In this document: in pieces, positions 58,097-64,000 of the stretch
Layout of the letters: the number at the start of each line of letters is the position of its first letter
How positions within the stretch are numbered: the first letter of the stretch is position 1
From: Candidatus Bathyarchaeia archaeon
GTDB taxonomy: Archaea; Thermoproteota; Bathyarchaeia; Bathyarchaeales; Bathycorpusculaceae
Assembly (NCBI GenBank): GCA_038883655.1
Contig: JAVZLQ010000001.1
Coordinates: 192,001 to 256,000 of the forward strand
DNA length: 64,000 bases
Direction: 5' to 3'
Notes under the pieces: model-generated
What the model was told of the DNA's origin: nothing
What the model saw: the letters and a program-made list of their open reading frames with translations, nothing else
Database searches by the model: none
Program-made: the position numbers and the translations under genes

Positions 58097-58711
58097 ATGA
58101 GTAAGGAAATTGAACTACTTAAAAAAATGGTAACGGTCGTGGATTCCTATAGAATAAACCTATTTTTAAGTGTGAAACATGTAGACAGCGAAATTGAACA
58201 AGTCAAACTCAGAAGCGAACTAAAAAGAGAATGGAAAAGACTGAGGGAAAAAATGATAAAGATGGCCAACGCTTCGCTTAATATACCGCAACTTAAAAAA
58301 ATTGCCAAAATAAGAGAGGTACTACGTTTCATTGTGTGGAGTATAGTTTTCCTAGCTTTTGCTACATTCATGTTCACGATGATATTTGGTATGGGCGATT
58401 TTTCCATCATTTGGATTACCGCATCAATGGCGTTACTGGTTCTAATGATTCTTGAACCTATTTTCAATTATGCAATTGCAAAAAACGTTGAAAGATACTA
58501 TTCAGAAAACGCGCAGCGATTCGAAGAGACAAAAAAGCAACTGAAACATTTTGCTCAACAATTAATATTCGCTTTAAAAGAAGAACTACAAAAAGAAAAG
58601 GAACCCTTCGAAAATAATCCAATAAAAATTTATAATGTAGACTATCAGAGGATTAAAGTTAAAAAGAGTCCAGCCTTATGGAGAAGGCATTATGTTATCA
58701 TAGTTTCTTAG
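58097..58711 (+). CDS. Hypothetical two-TM membrane protein
   Basis: Coiled N-terminus, two TM helices, soluble C-terminus. Confidence 0.6.
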   Translation: MSKEIELLKKMVTVVDSYRINLFLSVKHVDSEIEQVKLRSELKREWKRLREKMIKMANASLNIPQLKKIAKIREVLRFIVWSIVFLAFATFMFTMIFGMGDFSIIWITASMALLVLMILEPIFNYAIAKNVERYYSENAQRFEETKKQLKHFAQQLIFALKEELQKEKEPFENNPIKIYNVDYQRIKVKKSPALWRRHYVIIVS

Positions 58712-59658
58712 ACTTCTACTCTCCAGAAATTAACTTCTTCACTAGGAGACGAAGGCAACTCTATTACGTACCCGCGCAGTATGCCAAACTTGTATTCTGA
58801 GCCCGGATTTAGACAGAGAGTTCGACCTAACTTTTGATATGCGCAAGATTCATGAATGTGTCCATGTAACCCGATGAACGGTTGATGAGTCATGATAAAG
58901 TCTTTGACAGCCTTGCTTCCAACGTGCTCCATTACTGGTGCGCCAAAATGTGTAACAGGTTTCCAGTTCTTATCAAGTTTCGGCGCCATATCTAGGTGTG
59001 TATCGTGAGGAGGGGCGTGAAAATTACATATGAGCCTTTCAGAGTTTTTCACTTTCTCAAACTCTTTCTCTAGCGCTTTTCTTAATTCGGTTTCTGGTAA
59101 TTCTCTAGGAGTGTTCCATGGAGTTGGATTGACGTATTCATAACTTATCATGGAATAGTTGCCTAACTCTACAACCCTCCTAAGCGGGTATACGACCCTT
59201 TCATGCTGCTTTATGATTTCGTCTACTTCGAAGAAGTCATCGTTGCCTGGATTAACTATAACTGTAACGTCTTTTGGCACGCTTTCATCAACCATGTTAA
59301 GCCATTCAGTTAATGTTTCTCTCATGAGTTTGACAAATAATTCATATTCTTTAGCTTTAGAGGCTTTTAATTCTTCAAGTTCCTTTTGCGTAACCTCTAT
59401 GACGTAATAACCCTTTTCTCTAATGGAATGTTTCACTTTTTCCAATTCCGATTGCGTATGAATTGTACCCTTTCTGTCGCCTAAAGAATAGTACCATTCG
59501 CCGTCCTTTTTTATTATGGGAACAATAGCCTTACCAGTCAAGTCGCCACACATCATGACGACGTTGGCACCATAATGAATACTTGTCTTCAATATTTTCT
59601 TCCAAATAACTTCGCTTCCATGCATATCACATGCGTGAAAGATTTTTATTTTGTTCAT
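58708..59658 (-). CDS. Calcineurin-like metallophosphoesterase
   Basis: DMHGS, GDLTG, PGNDD, HAPP, HGHIHE. Confidence 0.88.
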   Translation of the reverse strand: MNKIKIFHACDMHGSEVIWKKILKTSIHYGANVVMMCGDLTGKAIVPIIKKDGEWYYSLGDRKGTIHTQSELEKVKHSIREKGYYVIEVTQKELEELKASKAKEYELFVKLMRETLTEWLNMVDESVPKDVTVIVNPGNDDFFEVDEIIKQHERVVYPLRRVVELGNYSMISYEYVNPTPWNTPRELPETELRKALEKEFEKVKNSERLICNFHAPPHDTHLDMAPKLDKNWKPVTHFGAPVMEHVGSKAVKDFIMTHQPFIGLHGHIHESCAYQKLGRTLCLNPGSEYKFGILRGYVIELPSSPSEEVNFWRVEV

Positions 59659-59756
59659 ACGCCCAGATTGAACAACATTTTATATAAGTTTTACGAGAGG
59701 AAGCATTGAAACTGGAAGCGTAAAATTTTAATTTTTCCTTATATACTTACGTTGCT

Positions 59757-60512
59757 ATGCTAAACGAAAAGAAACTCATAGAAGAAGCTACTTATCTAGT
59801 AGAGAAGGCTGAGGAAAATAACATTATTATGCGATTGATGGGTGCTATTGCCTTTAAGATACATTGCATTAACTACGCTGAATTATACAATAAAATTGGT
59901 AGAACACTATCAGACATGGATTTTGTGTCCTATTCAAGGTATCAACATGATGTTAGGAACCTTTTCAAAAATCTCGGATATAAAGAAAGGGTCCCAACGA
60001 TGGCAATGCATCTCGGAGCTAGGCAAATATGGCTAAACAAAGACGGTATAGTAATAGACATTTTCTTCGACCAAATGTATATGTGTCACAATATAGACTA
60101 CCGTGACAGGCTAGAAATTGATAAACCAACGGTACCATTAGCAGAACTTCTACTGCAGAAACTCCAAGTAGTTAACTTCACCGAGAAGGACTTGAAGGAT
60201 AGTATAATGCTGATTCTAGAACATGAAATGGCAAATGGAGATAACGAAACAATAAACATCAAGCGAATTGCAGAGATGCTATCAGACGATTGGGGATTCT
60301 ATTATACCTCAACGATAAATCTACAGAAAATAAAGAATAGTGTGGACAAGTATGATGTGCTGTCGAAGAAGGAGAAGGATGCTGTAAAAGGAAAAATTGA
60401 CGCTTTAATAAAAACTATTGAAGAACACCCAAAAACTATGAAGTGGAAGATGCGGTCAAAACTTGGAACAAAAGTGAAATGGTACAGAACTGTTGAAACA
60501 ATTTCAAAATAA
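59757..60512 (+). CDS. Nucleotidyltransferase-like hypothetical protein
   Basis: RLMGAIA...SDMDF and a later IDIF: Pol-beta-superfamily hG[GS]..DxD..D pattern. Confidence 0.6.
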   Translation: MLNEKKLIEEATYLVEKAEENNIIMRLMGAIAFKIHCINYAELYNKIGRTLSDMDFVSYSRYQHDVRNLFKNLGYKERVPTMAMHLGARQIWLNKDGIVIDIFFDQMYMCHNIDYRDRLEIDKPTVPLAELLLQKLQVVNFTEKDLKDSIMLILEHEMANGDNETINIKRIAEMLSDDWGFYYTSTINLQKIKNSVDKYDVLSKKEKDAVKGKIDALIKTIEEHPKTMKWKMRSKLGTKVKWYRTVETISK

Positions 60513-60533
60513 GATGTTACAAATATTTCATTT

Positions 60534-61901
60534 TTAATCTAATTTCCTTATGTGCATTCCATATTTAACTAGTGAGTACATGGCACGGACAGCACTCTCA
60601 GGCGTTTTGAAAACGGGAATACCCTTTGCCCATAACTTTTTAGGCGCATTCCCCGCAAATTCCCTTGAAAGCCAACATACCACAATAGGTTTTCTGTAAG
60701 TCTTTTTTGCATTTTGAATTATCTTTCCCACTTCTTCACCGCCTTTTAATGGACCAATTATAATTAAAATTACTCCATCTGCACAGTTATCTTCAAGTAC
60801 TGCTTCTAAAGCAGCCTTAAACCTTTCGGGTCTTGGATCTCCGGTTATGTCTATTGGATTTTCAATGGAAGATTGCGGCGGGAGAGCCTCTCTAAGTTTC
60901 ATACTTACAGAAGACGGAAACGGGCTTAGATTTAACCCTATTTCTTGACACAAATCAGCAGCAATTACTCCAGGGCCTCCGGCATTAGTTATTATGGTAA
61001 CATTTTTTCCATAAGCGTAGGAACTTGCTGAAAGGGCTAGAGAATACTCAACCATTTCTTCTATGGAATAAGCTCTAATAATTCCGCATTGCTTAAAAAC
61101 AGCATCGAATATTTCGTCAGAAGTTGTAAGAGAACCCGTGTGCGACGCCACAGCTTTGATGCCTACGGGTGAGCGCCCTGCTTTTAAAGCCACTATAGGC
61201 TTAACTTGCGAAACCTCTTTTGCGGTTTTAAAAAACTTTCTCCCATTTTTAATTCCTTCCATGTAAATCATGACGCTCTTAACATTAACGTCGTTTGCAA
61301 AATACTGCAGCAAATCTGATTCGCCAACATCACATTTATTTCCTAAGCTTACAACAATGTTAAATAGACCAATTTTTTCTTCATTAGCCCAACTTATCAA
61401 TCCACCACCTAAGGCGCCACTTTGAGTTATAAACGCGACATTCCCCTTCCTTTTAGGAGTTGCGCCGAACCAAGCGAAAAGATTCGCTGACATGTTTATT
61501 ACACCCTGGCAGTTTGGCCCTATAACTCTAATTCCCCCCTCTCTGGCGATTTTTAAAACTTCTTCCTCTAGTTTTTTGCCTTCGGAGCCAGTTTCACCAA
61601 ATCCAGCAGAGATAATCACGACTCCTCGAACTCCTTTTGAAGCGCATTCCTTCATTACTTGAATTGTGATTTTAGCGGGAACAGCTATTACTGCCAAATC
61701 AACTTTGTCAGGTATTTCGCTAACGCTTGCATATGACTTAAGGCCAAGTATCTCTTCACCACTTGGATTTACCGGGTAGATTTGGCCTTTAAAACCTCCC
61801 TTTAAAAGATTCTCGACAATGTTGTTTCCGATTTTTCCCCTTTCTCTAGACGCACCAATAACCGCCACATTTTTTGGGTAAAGAACTGCTCTCAAACTCA
61901 C
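60534..61901 (-). CDS. acdA: Acyl-CoA synthetase (ADP-forming) alpha subunit
   Basis: VIGASR, ISAGFGE, GPNCQG, QSGAL, ASHTGS, TNAGGPG, NPIDITGD. Confidence 0.88.
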   Translation of the reverse strand: MSLRAVLYPKNVAVIGASRERGKIGNNIVENLLKGGFKGQIYPVNPSGEEILGLKSYASVSEIPDKVDLAVIAVPAKITIQVMKECASKGVRGVVIISAGFGETGSEGKKLEEEVLKIAREGGIRVIGPNCQGVINMSANLFAWFGATPKRKGNVAFITQSGALGGGLISWANEEKIGLFNIVVSLGNKCDVGESDLLQYFANDVNVKSVMIYMEGIKNGRKFFKTAKEVSQVKPIVALKAGRSPVGIKAVASHTGSLTTSDEIFDAVFKQCGIIRAYSIEEMVEYSLALSASSYAYGKNVTIITNAGGPGVIAADLCQEIGLNLSPFPSSVSMKLREALPPQSSIENPIDITGDPRPERFKAALEAVLEDNCADGVILIIIGPLKGGEEVGKIIQNAKKTYRKPIVVCWLSREFAGNAPKKLWAKGIPVFKTPESAVRAMYSLVKYGMHIRKLD

Positions 61902-62132
61902 ACTTTAAACCTCCATATTTTAATCTTTAGAATTATAAAATTCAAACTTATAGGCATATAGCTTGATGCCTTCAGGTTTTTACTTTTTTGAAAGGCTGCG
62001 TTTCGGTTTGGTTTTTATTTTTCGTTTAGCAGTGGAAGATTGTGCAAAATTGTTCGAAACAGGATTGTGAGACTGGGCATTAACAATACTGTTAGAATTT
62101 TAATGTTCGTGTATGATGGTTTTTCATTTGCT

Positions 62133-63380
62133 TTAAAGCAAAAAGTAGGTAAGCAAAGCTGTTAGGAACGTTGGTATGAAGGATGGAATTACGTATTTGT
62201 ACACTTTTCCTAACTGGCATTTGAAGTAGTCCGCTGTGAATGTGAAGCATAGGTGTGTTGGCGCTATCGTGTATCCTAGATATGCGCTTATGTAAATTAG
62301 CGCTGCGATGTTTGCGGCTATTGGTGGAGCCCCGCAAAGTATTGGAAGACCTATGGCGATTCCGCTGGTTGGTGAACCAGTGAGGGCTCCCAAAACCGCT
62401 GGAAGTGTTATCAAGAGAACCGTGCCACTGTACGAGCTGTTGCTGTTTGTAACTATTTGAGAGAAAACTTGGCTGATTTCTGGAGAAATTACAACCTCTC
62501 TTAATAGGAAGGCGCCGTAGGCTGCAAGTGTTATGCCGTAAATCCCCCAACTTTTGAATGGCTTAGCAAAGACTGTAAAGCTCATTTTCGATATTGCAAT
62601 TAACACTGCAATCCCTATGAAGACAGCAATTACAACGTCGCGTCCCTGCTTGAAAAATTCAATTCCAGTTGCACCAAAAGCTAGGGCAAAGACTATTGTT
62701 GCTAAAATTGGACTAAAAGATAACAGAAAGACTTTGAAACTTGAGTTCATATTTTTTCCGCTTTCCTCTTCCATTTTTCTTGACACTTCTGTTTTCCAGA
62801 ATCCGATTACGTAGCCAACCATTATCATTACTAGAACTGTTGGAATCTGACGCAGAATGATGGGTGGAATTGCTACCTGAGCAAGCAAAGCCGTCGTAAT
62901 TATGGGCGGACTTAACGGGTAAACTGGAAAAATTGTGTGCCTAAACCACAAGTTTAGATAGGCTTTCCTTTGAGGCTTTAACTTTAGCTTTTCAGCTTCA
63001 ACGTCAACTAGGGGCGCTGACATTAAGGCTCCGCCAGCGACGGGCAAAAGCCCTATAACCGCTGGCACAAGTCCCAGCACTATTTTTGGATTGTTAATTA
63101 GTCTGCTTATGCTCTCGCTTAGTTTGTTGATGATTCCAGTTTCCTTGTAAAGTTGGCTTAGCAACATTATCCCAAAGGTTGCGGTAACAACCGAAATCGT
63201 TTCTGGTTTGATGCTTGCCTCATAAAATACTATAGGTATTCTTGTCCATTCGAGGGCAAGCAGCGCCATGGTTATGGCTGTTGCGTTTATGGTTATTCCC
63301 AGATTCGCGTGTTTGTAAAGCAGAATTATGAGTAGGGCAAACGCAATTATTATCGCAACTGCTGGGTCAACAAGTCCCAA
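62133..63380 (-). CDS. DUF401 family membrane protein
   Basis: IGLLPVAGGALMSAPLV, NLWFRH, APTHLC. Confidence 0.85.
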   Translation of the reverse strand: MGLVDPAVAIIIAFALLIILLYKHANLGITINATAITMALLALEWTRIPIVFYEASIKPETISVVTATFGIMLLSQLYKETGIINKLSESISRLINNPKIVLGLVPAVIGLLPVAGGALMSAPLVDVEAEKLKLKPQRKAYLNLWFRHTIFPVYPLSPPIITTALLAQVAIPPIILRQIPTVLVMIMVGYVIGFWKTEVSRKMEEESGKNMNSSFKVFLLSFSPILATIVFALAFGATGIEFFKQGRDVVIAVFIGIAVLIAISKMSFTVFAKPFKSWGIYGITLAAYGAFLLREVVISPEISQVFSQIVTNSNSSYSGTVLLITLPAVLGALTGSPTSGIAIGLPILCGAPPIAANIAALIYISAYLGYTIAPTHLCFTFTADYFKCQLGKVYKYVIPSFIPTFLTALLTYFLL

Positions 63381-63504
63381 GTTATACGCTCCATTCTCGA
63401 ACTGGCTTATAAAAAGCTAGGATAACTGGCCTGTTTTTAACATTTTTCCCTTAATAGGCAAATAAATTAATAGCGAATCACTGCAATCTTTGCGTGGCTA
63501 AACC

Positions 63505-63918
63505 ATGAAGGGCAAAGTTTTCATTTCAGGTCCAATTCAAGGCATGGAAACAAAGCAGAACTACAGAAAGGTCATTCGCGAAATTTGCGTTCAATGCGGC
63601 TATGATGTTCTTGACCCATGGGAAAGAGAAAAAATAATCTACAAGGGCTCGGAGTTTGGATGGTGGAATAAAGTGCCAGCAGCGGAATTCATCAAGAGGG
63701 ATTTAGAAGACATTGAAAGATGCGATGTTTTGGTTGCTTACATGCCGAAACTTTCAGCTGGAACATGCATGGAGCTCTTCTATGCAAAACAAAAAGGAAA
63801 GAAAACAATATGCATATGTAAAATAGAAAATCCAAGCCCGTGGATAGTGATGCATTCAGACATTATCATCGGAAAAATTGAAGAATTAAAAATACACCTA
63901 AGAAACCTCTACAGCTAA
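63505..63918 (+). CDS. Nucleoside 2-deoxyribosyltransferase-like protein
   Basis: FISGPI, RDLEDIERCD, SAGTCMELFYA. Confidence 0.8.
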   Translation: MKGKVFISGPIQGMETKQNYRKVIREICVQCGYDVLDPWEREKIIYKGSEFGWWNKVPAAEFIKRDLEDIERCDVLVAYMPKLSAGTCMELFYAKQKGKKTICICKIENPSPWIVMHSDIIIGKIEELKIHLRNLYS

Positions 63919-63974
63919 CATTCAACTTAAGCAAAAGAAAAATAAGAACCCTTGCAAATTCTCATTCAGCAAAA

Positions 63975-64000
63975 GCGGTCGTAGTCTAGCCTGGTCTAGG
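63975..64000 (+). tRNA. 5' fragment of a tRNA (possibly Gly), cut by window edge
   Basis: GCGGTCG TA GTCT AGCCTGGTCT AGG: acceptor strand and D-arm; anticodon not visible. Confidence 0.6.

Noticed and set aside
45995-62000. Catabolic cluster as an element integrated at tRNA-Val
   Set aside because: It lies on the 5' side of the tRNA, and I saw no integrase or duplicated tRNA end

Overview
Archaeal chromosome segment. The gene repertoire (TackOD1, PQQ-propeller/dockerin and PEF-CTERM surface proteins, non-canonical tRNA introns) suggests a TACK lineage, most likely Bathyarchaeia; this is inference. Layout: (1) 1-12.4 kb is housekeeping (leuS, mtnA, a tRNA splicing endonuclease subunit, hisS, an RsmB/NOP methyltransferase, EF-2). 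(2) 12.58-17.47 kb is a ~4.8 kb element integrated in tRNA-Thr(GGU), with an SSV1-type split tyrosine integrase, three RHH modules, a GH99-like cargo gene and no recognisable replication or capsid gene. (3) 17.8-33.5 kb is an accessory island with MaoC, an acyl-CoA ligase, an atypical FabH, two alpha/beta hydrolases, a Liv-type ABC transporter and secreted modular surface proteins. (4) 33.8-36.4 kb holds a run of frameshifted genes. (5) 37-46 kb is mixed core genes. (6) 46.4-61.9 kb is a catabolic cluster (DUF917, AOR, IorAB, LarA-like, IlvD-like, APC permease, phosphoesterase/nucleotidyltransferase-like pair, ACD alpha). There are five complete tRNAs and one partial; three carry introns at non-canonical positions. 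Most striking: tRNA-Thr has a bulge-helix-bulge (BHB) intron inside the acceptor stem (70/71) plus an antisense trailer. Both are supplied by the mobile element and lie within the integrase reading frame on the opposite strand. A diverged second copy belongs to the relic of an older related element. All calls are from reading motifs by eye; no database searches were run.
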